Positions 39,763 through 53,214 of a stretch of DNA of 64,000 nucleotides are shown one piece after another. The DNA is taken from contig OX597817.1 of the NCBI GenBank assembly GCA_951406725.2, positions 27,156,001-27,220,000 of the forward strand. Direction: 5' to 3'. The stretch's first letter is position 1; every line of letters begins with the position of its first letter. A program made the translations under genes and the position numbers. The notes beneath the pieces were generated by a model. It saw only the letters and a program-made list of their open reading frames with translations, ran no database searches and was not told where the DNA came from. The stretch is from Octopus vulgaris. Lineage: Eukaryota.

Positions 39763-40061
39763 ATATACACACACACACATATAAAATCGAAATAAGTAAC
39801 AGGATGTCAAGTATTAGTGCAATATGTCCACCTCAAGTGGCTCCATTTAATTGAACAGTGCAAGCATTACTTCAATTTAAATACAGTGCTATCTTCAGTT
39901 GTATTTTATGCATTTAATACACTTTATATATTGAACTGTCTAATTTTCTTATCCTTACATTAATTTCTATATCCGCACAACTCAATTCAAACAATGATAG
40001 ACGTAAATCGTACCATATAGAAAAAAGAAAAAATATGATAAAACATTTACCTTGATCACAG

Positions 40062-40479
40062 TACTCTTTACTTTTTTACTCTTTTACTTATTTCAGTCAT
40101 TTGACTGCGGCCATGCTGGAGCACCACCTTTAATCGAGCAACTCGCCCCCGGGACTTATTCTTTGTAAGCCCAGTACTTATTCTATCGAATTCTTTTGCC
40201 GAACCGCTAGGTGACGGAGACATAAGCACACCAGCATCGGTTGTTAAGCAATACTAGGGGGACAAACACAGACACACAAACACACACGCACAAATATATA
40301 TATATATACATATATACCACAGGCTTCTTTCAGTTTCCGTCTACCAAATCCACTCACAAGGCTTTGGTCGGCCCGAGGCTATAGTAGAAGACACTTGCCC
40401 AAGGTGCCACGCAGTGGGACTGAACCCGGAACCATGTGGTTGGTAAGCAAGCTACTTACCACACAGTCACACCTGCGCC
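40062..40479 (-). mobile_element. SINE family A, full length
   Basis: Reverse complement of family A. Confidence 0.92.
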
Positions 40480-40699
40480 CAGTACATAATAATAATAAAT
40501 AAACAGTATATAATTACGTTTTGTGGCTACATCTTCAATTCGAATTACAATTAAAATTTAAATTGAATTGTTTTTGGATCAATTAAATTATAGTTAGAAG
40601 GGCGCAACCTTATAGAAACAGTAGGGAAGGTTGTCAACTTTGTTCTATGGAAACTTATGAAATTTTAAAACATCAGAGTAATACAAATCTGTTAAATAA

Positions 40700-41340
40700 T
40701 CGTCTGGAGTTGGGAGATCTTGTATACATTGCACAACCCAAACGTTTAATACTTTAAATAATAATTTTGTGAGTATTCCTATATTTTTCAAATTTTAATT
40801 CTTTATAATCAAATAATAAGAAATATACTATACTAGCTTTCAATTTAACATTCATAGATGACTAAAAAAACTTCACTGCAAACTTGAAATTGAAATTCTT
40901 TTCTAAATTTAATCTAGCTTTAAAATTAATAAGGCTTTCCCCCAGTTATAAAATACTATGCCTACTCATAATAATAAGTGATAGGTTTTCCCCTTTTTAT
41001 TTCTCTAAATTACACTCTCTGTAAATGGGATTAAGACCATTTGACATTGACCTAGTTTCTCACACCAAATAGTAGTAATTGGCATTTGTTAGTGGCAATT
41101 TCTGTCTTCAACATGAATTTCTTTTATGGAGTTCTGAAACCTCCTTTATCCCATTTCTACAATTAAAAAATCTGTATTACTTCTAACCTTATAGCAGTTA
41201 GGAACAGCCATATCTTGGTCAGTTAGTGGAAGGACTTCACTACCTCATATGTTCTTAAAATTTAAATCCACATCTTTGTCTGTATATCTACCGTCTCTAT
41301 AATATTGCCACTTGATTTGAAAACTTTTGTATTAATGCAA
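40700..41340 (-). mobile_element. Possible decayed Penelope-like ORF (GIY-YIG endonuclease region)
   Basis: Minus-strand LGESLINFKARLN near 40905-40945 resembles the YIGET...FKxR motif; many stops; adjacent to a hammerhead. Confidence 0.35.
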
Positions 41341-41351
41341 AACCTCTATAA

Positions 41352-41437
41352 TTGGCTGATGAGTACTCAGCATCTTAAATCTGTTGTAATACTTACAACA
41401 TTTAATAAAATGATGTAGTACGAAACGATTATACCAA
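41352..41437 (+). ncRNA. Type I hammerhead ribozyme motif with long stem II
   Basis: TTGG-CTGATGA-GTACT...AGTAC-GAAA-CGATTA-TA-CCAA; inner hairpin tgttgtaa/ttacaaca; stem III looks like a decayed CGATCG. Confidence 0.75.
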
Positions 41438-41964
41438 ATTACCGGAGTCATTCTTGTTGCTTATGTTGATTATATATATATGTTTATATTCTGAAATTTG
41501 ATTTAATACTAAATTGAATTTTTCCCTGTAAGTTTGGAGTTATTCTCTGTAATATTATTATTATTATATGTAAATATATATATATATGAGATCATAGAGG
41601 GTCTAGTGCCAAAACCTTGCTTGAAAATGAAAGCTATATAAATCCTTGAAATAGGTACCTCTACAAATTCCATCTAGAGTTAGTGTCCAATATTGTAACA
41701 ACTAAGCATTTAAGGGCCCACAATTTTCAGTACCAGATAACATACACAAGAGATGTATAAAATCTAAGGAAAAAAAAAAGAAAACTGGGCATCTTTTCAT
41801 CTGAGATTCCAGATGAATCCAAGTCACATTAAGAGATGGAAACAAAGGCAACAGTATCCAAATATATCATTCACCAAAAGTAGCAACTCCAGTAGCAGGG
41901 CTGTAGGAATGAAACGAAAGTAATATTAATGGCATTGTCCTAGCCACAGCCAACATGCCATATA

Positions 41965-42019
<55 letters not shown>

Positions 42020-42022
<3 letters not shown>

Positions 42023-42214
42023 AGCCCCTACACGCAATTTGTTTTCTCTCCTTGTTTCTCTCCTTGGTTCTTTTCTGAGTATCTTTCTGTCAAAGAGCGT
42101 AGGCTCGAAACGTAAAAGACTTGTTTTATTTCTATTCCTGAGCGCCATACTAATACATTGTTTGTTTGTACTCCACCTGCCTTCGTCTTTTGTTTATTTT
42201 CGTAAACCTTCCTG

Positions 42215-42217
<3 letters not shown>
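42020..42217 (+). mobile_element. H1-family TA-tailed element
   Basis: Flanked by (TA)n; homologous to 12070-12255. Confidence 0.75.
42082..42119 (+). ncRNA. Hammerhead-like motif with non-canonical 8-nt core
   Basis: TCTTT-CTGTCAAA-GAGC-GTAG-GCTC-GAAA-CG-TA-AAAGA; stems I and II perfect; ACGT palindrome at stem III. Confidence 0.55.
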
Positions 42218-42256
<39 letters not shown>

Positions 42257-42340
42257 AAGGGTGGAAAGGAACACACGAGTTGATATATATGAAAAAACAA
42301 GTCAAAAATAGAAAATGCTAAGATGATTTTATAGTGAATC

Positions 42341-42384
42341 TTTCAGTACCGGTTTCGGTCATTTTGAGACCTTTTCAACTGTAA
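42341..42384 (-). ncRNA. Minimal type I hammerhead ribozyme, U3-A8 core variant
   Basis: Minus strand: TTACAG-TTGAAAA-GGTC-TCAAAAT-GACC-GAAA-CCGG-TA-CTGAAA; palindromic CCGG stem III; GUA triplet. Confidence 0.75.
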
Positions 42385-42483
42385 CGATTAAATAATTAAA
42401 TTTAGAAAAATTAGAAGAAAAGTTTTTTTAAAAGAATATTTCTGTAGTAGTGTTCAGATATAAGTAGCATTCTGCCTTTCTCT

Positions 42484-42518
<35 letters not shown>

Positions 42519-42537
42519 GTATGTATGTATGTATGTA

Positions 42538-42576
<39 letters not shown>

Positions 42577-42879
42577 ATACGTGCATGCAAATTACTTGAC
42601 AACTGTACAGACACTCATGCATTATAGCATATTTTTCCATATATACTGAAATATAATGCTCATACACAAAGCATGTTTACAGATAAATTGTCCAATTACA
42701 CGGAAAGGCATTTTAAAGTTTTTGTCAGAAAAGAACATTAGTTATTAGTTATGTGAATGTTCATAGCACGCAATAGTGTGGGAGGGCCTGCAATGGCTAT
42801 TGTACCTGTAGATATTAATAAACAGAAATATTTTATACGAAGGTAAAATATAGAGGCTAACATAAAATGACAAAGATAT

Positions 42880-43051
42880 AAGAGTGGCTGTGTGGTAAGT
42901 AGCTTGCTAACCAACCACATGGTTCCGGGTTCAGTCCCACTGCATGGCATCTTGGGCATGTGTCTTCTGCTATAGCCCCAGGTTGACCAAAGCCTTGTGA
43001 GTGGATTTGGTTGACGGTAACTGAAAGAAGCCCATCGTATATATGTATATA

Positions 43052-43089
<38 letters not shown>

Positions 43090-43296
43090 TGTGTCTGTGT
43101 TTGCCCCCCTTACATTGCTTGACAACCGATGCTGGTGTGTTTACATCCCCGTCAGTTAGCGGTTCGGCAAAAGAGACCGATAGAATAAGTACTGGGCTTA
43201 CAAAGAATAAGTCCCGGGGTCAATTTGCTCGTCTAAAGGCGGTGCTCCAGCATGGCCACAGTCAAATGACTGAAACGAGTAAAAGAGTAGAAGAGT
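42880..43296 (+). mobile_element. SINE family A
   Basis: Family A sequence. Confidence 0.92.
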
Positions 43297-44198
43297 ATGC
43301 TATAATGAGCTAGAGAGAACAAATATGATATGATGCAACACTAACAACAAAATTCAAAGCCTCTATTTTCATTTGCTGATAAAGATGTACTGGGTCAAAA
43401 AGTCTGGTAAAGTCTGGTAAAAATCTGGCCATTCAGGCTTATGCATCTGTGTTTGTACATATATACATTGATACATATTCGCGTGTGTCTGCATATATAT
43501 ATATGTACATATATAAATGCATGCATATGTGTGTATATACATGTAATACACATATGTATATATATATATAATGTATGTAATCATTATCTTTTAGAATGTA
43601 TATTAAGAAATCAGGAAATAATTTTTACTGAAACAATGAGATCTATTAGGATTGTAAGAAATATTCCTTAGTTTTGCAGAGTGTAATACCAATGATTGCT
43701 CTAGTTACACATATATCAAGAAATTATCTCCACCCTCTAACAAATTGATGGCCTTAACATTTCCAAAAGCCTGTCCTCATTAATCACTGTCTTCTGCTTC
43801 TATAAACAATGGTGTCCAAATAGTCTACCGTAAGCATTATTCTACGATGCAATGAGGTAAATTGTTAAGACTGGTTGAGGGGTTTTAATTTTTGTCTCTC
43901 CGGCTGCCTTTAATTGGTATGCAAAAAGTGTTTTTACTCCTAACAATGCAGATAATTGCTAGCTTTGTGACATCTATATAAATATCTGTTTTGTATTTTA
44001 AGCTATGAGAGCTGCTAGAAAATACAAACCACTTATTCCAAGTCACATAACATCCTGAATCTGCAAGCAGAGTTTTCTTACCAATATTCACTGTAGCTCT
44101 AATGATAATCAACATTGTTAAAATGAAACACAATAAACCAGGCTTTCTTGGAGAAGTTTCTTTGAATCATTATACACTTGAAAGAAAGTGGAGTTACA

Positions 44199-44561
44199 GT
44201 TTGACTGTGGCCATGCTGGAACACCACCTTTAGTGGAGCAAATTAACCCCAGGACTTATTCTTTGTAAGCCTAGTACTTATTTTATTGGTCTCCTTTGCT
44301 GAACTGCTAAGTTACAGGGATGTAAACACACCACCAACGGTTGTCAAGTGATGTTGGGGGACAAACATACACATATATATATACATATACATATATACAA
44401 TGGGCTTCTTTTCAGTTTCTGTCTACTAAATCCACTCACAAGGCTTTGGTCTGCCCGAGGCTATAGTAGAAAACACTTGCCCAAGGTGCCACGCAGTGGG
44501 GCTGAACCCGGAACCATGTAGTTGGTAAGCAAGCTACTTACCACACAGCCACTCCTGCGCC
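44199..44561 (-). mobile_element. SINE family A
   Basis: Reverse complement of family A. Confidence 0.9.
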
Positions 44562-45275
44562 TACAAAAAATTGAAACGCCAGGAATGCAATTTGAACACA
44601 CGCCGGGAAAATCTGACTGTGATCTAAACAAAGAGCATTATACTGCTCGTGTACTTTTATGAGAGTCCAACACAGTTTCCTTATAATTATACAACCATCG
44701 AGGCAAAATTCTTATATTGGAATATATCTTTATTGATTAAATCTTAATAATGCCTATCGTTTCAACTGTTTGTAAATTTTGAAGACAACAATTTATATTA
44801 CTTAATCTACCTGCTATGATTAATCAGGAAAATGTAAATTCAAGCTGTAACCCAGTACCACACACTGACTTGTCAACATATGTGGCTCTTTTAAAGACAA
44901 CCATGAACATTTTGCTAAAGTGTTCATCAATTATTTAATTTTTGTCATATAAGTAATTTTTAATGTGGCATTCCCTTGTGGCAGTTAACTTCAATGCAGC
45001 TTCCAATGAAAAAGGGTTCTCCACCTCTGTTTTAGATGATAATGACACTTGAAACATAATATCTTTATGATGATGATAATTGTACATATGTACATATATG
45101 CGCATGCATGCTTGCACACATGCACACACACACATCTATCTTACAGATAGTAAGCTTTAAATGCTAACAGATTTCTAATTATACTATTTCATTATATATT
45201 CAAATTATTGAAGTTGTTCAACAACAACATTATATCAGAACTGTATTAAGGTAGAACCAAACACACACACATACA

Positions 45276-45307
<32 letters not shown>

Positions 45308-45429
45308 CGAGCAAAATGTCCCCCATCCAATGGACGGTGCTGAGTTGTCAAACATTTAAGCCAAAGTTTCTCATAATAACTTGTCTGCCCCTTCCATAGG
45401 CCTCCCCTTTGAGAAACACTGATTTAACA

Positions 45430-45682
45430 TAAATTTGAGACACCAGCAAAAGAAGAAATAAAGATAGACTTTTTATTCTATTCCAAAGAAAAACGATTTT
45501 ATTCACTTTATCGATCGCATTCTCACCTGGAATCGATTTTTGTAATTTTTTTAAGACTTAAACATGCTCTGATACCGTCGGTATCTACATATCAAATTTG
45601 AACGCAATCAGATGGAGGATGCCCGAGATCGTAGAAGACACACACACACAGACAGACAGAACGGATTTTATGCAATAGATAT
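45430..45682 (+). mobile_element. Non-autonomous Helitron/Helentron-like element
   Basis: catatcaaatttgaacgcaatcag...(CA)n(CAGA)n...tttatgcaatagat resembles the microsatellite-bearing 3' ends of Lep1/DINE-like elements. Confidence 0.5.
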
Positions 45683-46179
45683 TTGTGTATGTGTGTGTGT
45701 GTGCGTGTGTGTGTGTGTGTGTTATATTGTCATTATTTTTTATTTATGAAACATATTTATGTTCTATGAACTTTTATTCGTTTTACAATATTGTAAAACT
45801 AATCTATAGCTTTACAGAATTTCTTTATACACAATACTCCATACAAAGGTTAATTTTCTTGTTTCACTTTAATTCTCTGTTCTGGACACAGCTTAAGATT
45901 GCAACTTAGACAAAGAAAAGAAGGTTCAAACCAAATTAATTCTTTCGCTTTTTAGGGATTAGCTTTAATTCAAAATGGGAAATTCCTTACATTTGCCATT
46001 GCAATGGATGTCAGAACATTTTTGTCTCTGAATTACTAGAGAGTAATATGGGCTTTTTGCTTTGAAGTGAAATGGATTCTTCATATTGTTTATTCATTTG
46101 GTTTACATATCTGGTGCACCTGAACATATGTATATCGGCAGATTTTAGATCATAGATATGAAGATTCATTATGTACATT

Positions 46180-46310
46180 AGACTGTGTTGTTAAGAAGCT
46201 CGTTTTGTTACTACATGGTTTCAAGTTCAGTCTCACTGCACAGCAACTTGAGCAAGTGTCTTCTGCTATAGCCTCAGGCTGACCAATACCTTGTTAGTGG
46301 CTCTGGTAGA
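46180..46310 (+). mobile_element. SINE family A head, decayed
   Basis: gactgtgttgttaagaagc...gttcagtctcactgcacagcaacttgagcaagtgtcttc. Confidence 0.7.
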
Positions 46311-49300
46311 TCCTCATGAGTTAGTAGTTTGAACTGAGCTAAATGACCAGCTTCAGTCTATCATTCTTGATTTAGTGGACTGGTTGCAAGGTTGGCTAAG
46401 ATTTGACAACTGAAATAGCAAGGATGCAGTTGGATGACCAGGGTGATCTCTTTGTCTCACTATATTCTGAGGTATATGTCTCACAAAACATTGTCTTTCT
46501 ACCTGTTGAGAACTGACCACAAATTAGGGTTTTCCACTTTATAGTCTGCTGAAATTTCACTTTATTATGATACGTTAAGTGACCAGCAACTTACATATCT
46601 TCACTGAGTGTTTAAGACATATTGGTCACCTTCGATGGGGACCAATATCTCAGCCTGTCAGTATTCTCTCCAGAATGTCATGCACTGCTGCATGCAAACA
46701 GTTCGTGGAGTTACTGGCAAGAGCTGTGTGTCTGATTGGTGCCAGGGGTTCCAAATTGGTATTAATGGCAGAAGACCTGCTCTTGAAAAGAATTGAAAGA
46801 ACTCCTATAAAACCTACTATTCCTCCTTGATACCAATATTTACTAATTGTAGGAGGAAGTTGATACGTATAAAGGTGGAACCCTTAAGCTATGCCACCAG
46901 TGTCATTCAAGCAAGGAAGCGATTTTCGATGATGCCACCAAATTAGTATCTTCATAATTTTAACTGTTCTAATTATATATGCAAGCAGTCTTATTACATC
47001 AGCAAGTATTAAAATCTATTGTAAAGGCACTTTGTGTGTGTGTGTGTGTGAGCACATTGGTACGTGTGTGTCTGTATGTGCATGTGTGTGTGTGTCTGTC
47101 TGTGTGTGTGTGTCTGTGTGTGTTTTGAAATGTGTGGCAACAGGGTTCCTCTCTTAATATTGATTTTGTTTTGCTAGACACAAAGCTACTTTCCATGAAA
47201 GAAGCAATACCAATTGAATACACTCCTTATATGAACTTCTTCATCCTAGAAAGCATAAATGTAAATTGATCAGAACAATTGAAGAGACTTAAATTACATA
47301 ACAGATAATAGAAGTAAAGAAGTGTGGATTAGAGTGCTGTAAGTGAACAGAGCTGAGCAGTGAATGCATATTTATTAGACCATAGAATATAATCTCTGAC
47401 TAAAGATAGGAATTGTTTGTATATATGTCTGACTCATATATTGAGAAACAACTAAATGAATGCTCAAAAAACTGTGTATTATAATCTGCCATCTCACATC
47501 AAATGCTTCAGTTGCATTTATTTTGAGAAGTAATAGCTAAATCTCCTTCAAACAACACCCTACTGTCTGTCCAGAAAGTAGATGGAGAAAGGCAGAAAGA
47601 TGAAATGAAGTACTGTTAGCAAATAATGGAAGCACATAAGTGATAAAAGTATTGGTATCAGTGTAAGAAAAATCTGAAAATATATTTGTGTACATCGTGA
47701 ATATTTTTTGTTTATTTATCACCTTCCGTTCTTCTAAAATCATTTTTGTTTTTTCTCTTTCTTTCTGAAATACTTGAATAGAAAGAGATAGAGAATGAGG
47801 GACAACAATGAAGAGAAAGACATAGCTTTAGAGAAGAAGGCTAGTTCTTGTAACAGTCGTGGTGAATTATTCACAGTTATTGCACAAAAAACACATTTTC
47901 TTTGTTGATTAATTAAAGTAGATAATAATTAAAAGGAAAAGCTAATGATCTGAAAGATTGACTTATTAAGTAAGGGTAGTAAACCTGCTCTGTGTGATGA
48001 AGAGGTGACAGTTGATCTGATTCAACCAAGAAAACCATGTTCCCATTGGCATTTAAAATTGCTGATGCTATCTGCTTATTACAACTCTAGACAGAAGTGT
48101 TAACATTTTTGGACTGGATTTGAACCCATAATGCACAGAGGAAGTATACACAAAGCATCCCATCCAATAGTCTAATAATTCTGATAGACCAATGCCTGGG
48201 AGTTATATGCTTTTTTTATCAACTACAAAAATATAAAGGGCAACATTATTTGAATTTAGAGTGAATAAAGTCATCACAACTATCATGAGAAATTTAATTC
48301 AACACTGTAACAAACCTGCCAATTCCCACCTACATAAATATCTATAACAGTAATGAAACTCGTTTAGGTAATGTTTGTCATTGCTGACAACAAAGCTTAT
48401 TTGTTGCCAACAAAAATTTAATCAGAAATAAGGAATTTAAGAATGTTTATATTGTTTGCTGTTAGAGAGGTAGAAGGGAAAGAGAGTTGAGAAAGAGACT
48501 GGGCATGAAGGATATTAATGAATATAAGCATGAAAGACGTCTATATTCATATGATGGAAATGAATGATGCCAGCTGGGGATGAAAATCTTCAGCTGGTGA
48601 TGAAAGGTAACTTGTAGTAAAAGTAGATCACATAGGATGTAACATACTGGGAGCTATACTTGAAAATAACAGAGTTCATTCACTGATAAGATGATGTACA
48701 AAACACATGAAAAGATACATGGATATTGAAAACCCACTCCAATAAAGAAAACAGGTAAGCTAGTGTCAAGAAGATACGCTCTAAAAAAAGTAGCACTTTG
48801 TATATATACAAAAACAGACATGAGGTTCAGTTGTATAGTCCAATGTAGGCTTCAAAAGAAATGCCGCCTGGTTCTACTTCAGAATATAGTGTGTAAAATA
48901 AAACTATCAATATTTTTATGTTTTGATAAATTATGGATTGATTCTTATTTATTTATTTATATATATGTATATGTTTTTTCCTGAGCAGGTAAAAAAATTA
49001 CAATATTTGGGCTACCTCAAGGAAGGTATAATAATTGTCCCAGTTCTGTTTAAATAATTCTAAAATGAAAACATTATTATTTACAAGCATATGTTTGTTT
49101 TTCAATATTTTTTCTCTGTAAAAAGCTTTGCATGCCATCATTTTACTTATTAATCATAAATTCATATTACATGTAAAAAAAAAAATTGATTTAAAAAAAT
49201 AAAGAAGGAAACAACAAAATAATAAAAATAAAAGAAAACAAACTGAATCAAGCTATTAGTATTTGTGTGAAAATAGCATTATCGAACATATAAATCATTT

Positions 49301-50959
49301 TTTGACAGCCTAATATCAAATAAAAGGACAAAACATGGGAGACAGAACAAAACAATGACTAAATAAATAAGAATAAACAAAAAATTTTTAAAATACAAAT
49401 ACATACAAATGTATACAAATAATGCAAGTAATACCAAGTGATTCCAGAAGTTGCAGTAGTAAAAATAACATTGTTGAAATGTTTGTTTTCATCATAATTC
49501 TAATGGAATTCATAAAGCTACTATAACTATTCTCTTCCCTGGCATGTTTTATTGTCAATTTGCAATTTTTTTTCTTCTATTTCCTCATCGTATGAAATAT
49601 GAATTTGAAACAAAGCAACCATATGGGATACGACAGCATACTGAGGGAAAACTCTGGGGAAATATTAAGTTCTTAAGAATAACCCAACAGAAACAGTATA
49701 TAGACAAAGAGAAAGTGTCATAACAAAAAAAAAAAATAGGAGAGAACATAAAATGAATACTACTGGAAGAAACAGAAACAACCATTTCATTCATCTATTT
49801 TATTTTGAAAGTAATGAAAATATTTTCCTTTCCTTTCCAAATAAATTACTTCTCTCTATAAGTATATGCACATACACACACACACATACACATGCATACT
49901 CATGCACATACACACATATGCATACATGCATGCATATGTAGTTTGCTTGAAGCATATTTGAATATGAAAAGTGAGTTTGTTTTAGGAAGTTGCTGCAATG
50001 GAAATGGAGCTAGAAATATCAAAAAATAACAATAGCAAGAAAATTGAAATGTTACTTTGAAAATATTTAGAACTTCCTTATACTTCAGATAAAATGCTCC
50101 TTGATAGAATGTTACATTTCTATATATTTCAGAGTCTATGATCCCGACTGTCAACCTGCTGAGAAAATGCATCACATCCCACACAACCTTTGTTGTTTTG
50201 GCTTCACTACGACCAGTATTCATCAACTCTTCTCAGTCATTGTCAATAGCAATTACTTCCACCAAAACCAGATACATAATGAAATCATTTGTATCCAAGA
50301 CAGATGCTGTGACAACAAAAATTAGATGACTTGTATCATACAATGCTAGAAATCAACAGATTCCCCAAATCTTTCACCTGTCACTTTCAGGTTTCCAAAG
50401 AGAAAATTAAGCAAATCTACTTCCAGAAATTACTATATTTCAATGAATGAATGCCACTATCATCTACAAGGCCATCCATGATAAGGACTCAGAATGCGGC
50501 TCTTTAGAAAAACTTGCTTTAGAAGTATTTCTGTATTAACAGGAATTCATGCTTAGCAATCCATAATATGTACAAATACCTCTTTATCTATGTATTATTC
50601 CAGATATAAAGCACCATATGCAGTAACTACTACATAGCATCACTTGGACTTTATATGTCTGCTGTCTACTTTCCTGTTACAGTCAGTGTAGACTTCATAT
50701 CATTCAGTTTAACCAAAGTTGAGTGGGAAGGGAAACTAGTATTGCTGAGGTAACTATTAAAACACATATGCTCATCTACATTTCTGAACATCTCAGATAT
50801 ATTGGACTCTTTATGAGGTGTGAAGTAATGGATCTCATCTTTTATATAGCTGTATGAAAGAATACTTCAGTATAAGAACTTCCTTCATCTTTACAAAAAT
50901 TCAGGAATATCAATAAGGATATAGCTGTCATCACCTTCACTACAAAATGCAAGCCTTTC

Positions 50960-51179
50960 ATTCTTTTATTTGTTTCAGTCATTTGACTGCAGCCATGCTG
51001 GAGCACCACCTTGAAGGATTTTTAGTCAAACAATTCAACCCCAGGATTTATTATTTTTAAGCTGAATACTTCAGCTTTCTTTTGTCAAACTGCTAAATTA
51101 CAGGGAGGTAAACAGACCAACACTGATAGAGGGACAAACACAGGCACAAAGACATGCACAATATATACATATGCATAAT

Positions 51180-51222
<43 letters not shown>

Positions 51223-51395
51223 TATATATTTAAAACACAACAGGCTGCTTTCAGTTTCCATCTCTCAAATCCACTCACAAGGATTTGGTCGACTTGAGAC
51301 TCTATAGTAGAAGACATTTGTCCAAGGTGCCATGCAGTGGGACTAAACCCAGAACCCTGTGGTAGGAAAGAAAGCTTTTAACAACACAACCACAC
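50960..51395 (-). mobile_element. SINE family A older variant
   Basis: Diverged reverse complement with internal (CA)n. Confidence 0.82.
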
Positions 51396-51652
51396 TAAGT
51401 GGGAGCCATGTTTTCAACAAGACAAAGAGGTTCTCTCAGCCATATTCTTTGCAGAATATACTGAGAGCAGTTTACATTGTTGTAACACCAGAGAGGCAGA
51501 TATGCCCACAATAAGACTAAAGGAAGCTCATGATCCTGTTTCTAAGCTTATTCACCAATCTTTTTACAGAGGGGAATGAGTAAATGAGTAATAGAAGTAT
51601 AGTTGATAAGTAATCAAATAGAAAAAAAAAATGTTTAGCAAAGGAAAGACGT

Positions 51653-52040
51653 AGGCGCAGGAGTGGCTGTGTGGTAAGTAGCTTGCTAACCAACCACATG
51701 GTTCCGGGTTCAGTCCCACTGCATGGCATCTTGGGCAAGTGTCTTCTACTATAGCCCCGGGCCGACCAATGCCTTGTGAGTGGATTTGGTAGACGGAAAC
51801 TGAAAGAAGCCTGTCGTATATATGTATATATATATATATGTGTGTGTGTTTGTGTTTGTCCCCCTAGCATTGCTTGACAACCGATGCTGGTGTGTTTACG
51901 TCCCCATCACTTAGTGGTTCGGCAAAAGAGACCAATAGAATAAGTACTGGGCTTACAAAGAATAAGTCCCAGGGTCGATTAACTCAACATGGCCGCAGTC
52001 AAAATGACTGAAACAAGTAAAAGAGTAAAAGAGTAAAGAG
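51653..52040 (+). mobile_element. SINE family A with small 3' deletion
   Basis: Family A sequence lacking ctaaaggcggtgctccag. Confidence 0.9.
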
Positions 52041-52635
52041 TCAATATTCTGAGGCTTGTACATAGAGTCAAGGTAATTTGATAGAGAGGATAGAGCAATA
52101 ACAGTGGGTTTATGTGACTCAGAAGACAGAGTACAGACAGGAAAAAACCGAAGATGTGTGGATGCAAAGGAGCTAGAACACAATGGCAGAGTAATGTAGA
52201 GGTGACTGGTAGTACGTACAGGAGGGAAGGAGTACGTAAAGGTAGTGTGTAGGTTCAATATGTTCTCTTAAGTTGAGACCTCAAGATGGGTGGAAGAGGT
52301 CAAGTGTCAAGGAAGGTGACAGGGGAAAAATGATACATAGATTCAATGTGATTTCTTATACATAAACCATGAGAATGGTAGCAAAGGTGATGAGGAAAAT
52401 GACAGAGGGAAAGAAAATATAAGGATCTCTTACTGATGAATGACATGAATGATAGAGGTTGAATGACAGTCGTAAAGGTAATAGAAAAGAGAGAGCTAAA
52501 GAGATAAGGTGTCAAAGTGCAAGTAGAAAGCATGAGTAGACTTGGGAATGGATAAACACACACATATATGTCCAGACACACACAAATATATAAACACTTT
52601 TAAATACATATTCACATGTATATATATACATATGT

Positions 52636-52946
52636 GGAGGCGCAATGGCCTAGTGGTTAGGGCAGCAGACTTGCGGTCGTAGGATCGCGGTTTCGATTCC
52701 CAGACCGGGCCTTGTGAGTGTTTATTGAGCGAAAACACCTAAAAGCTCCATGAGGCTCCAGCAGGGGGTAGTGGCGATCCCTGCTGTACTTTTTCGCCAC
52801 AACTTTCTCTCACTCTTTCTTCTGTTGGCCTGCTCGCTTAGCCAGTGGGGTGGCATCATTTGAAGGCTAAAACAATGCGAAGCGCATTGTGACCAACGAT
52901 GTGTAGCAACATCTGATGGTCTGGTCGGTCACGGTGATCACGGTGA
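52636..52946 (+). mobile_element. SINE family B, full length
   Basis: Near-identical to 1893-2198. Confidence 0.9.
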
Positions 52947-53214
52947 TATATATACATATAATGCAGTCTCCATAACTACTACCATTCTTTGGCTTTAGAT
53001 TTGACTTATTTACAATGCTGCATCTATTTTCTGTTGTCTGTTCTTCTCCAGCTCTGTAAATTACAATCAACACACCTTTTTGCATCTCCTGCATGAGGTG
53101 TAACATTGAAATCGTTCTTCCTCACTTCATCCCAAATCTTTCTCTGTCTCCCTCACCTACAGGTACAATTTATTTCTGAACTTGTGGCATTTCGTTATAT
53201 GGCTTGAGCTTGAG

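Noticed and set aside
41790-41860. CAGATGA-ATCC...GATG-GAAAC possible hammerhead
   Set aside because: No consistent stem I or stem III could be assigned.
44082-44179. Minus-strand exon-like segment with good acceptor and gtaaga donor
   Set aside because: Stops in all three frames from the acceptor; could only be a UTR exon and there is no other support.
46579-46830. 83 aa ORF in non-repetitive sequence
   Set aside because: No recognisable homology or splice signals; may be an old TE fragment.
49900-50330. Overlapping complex ORFs on both strands
   Set aside because: No recognisable domain and no consistent splice pair.
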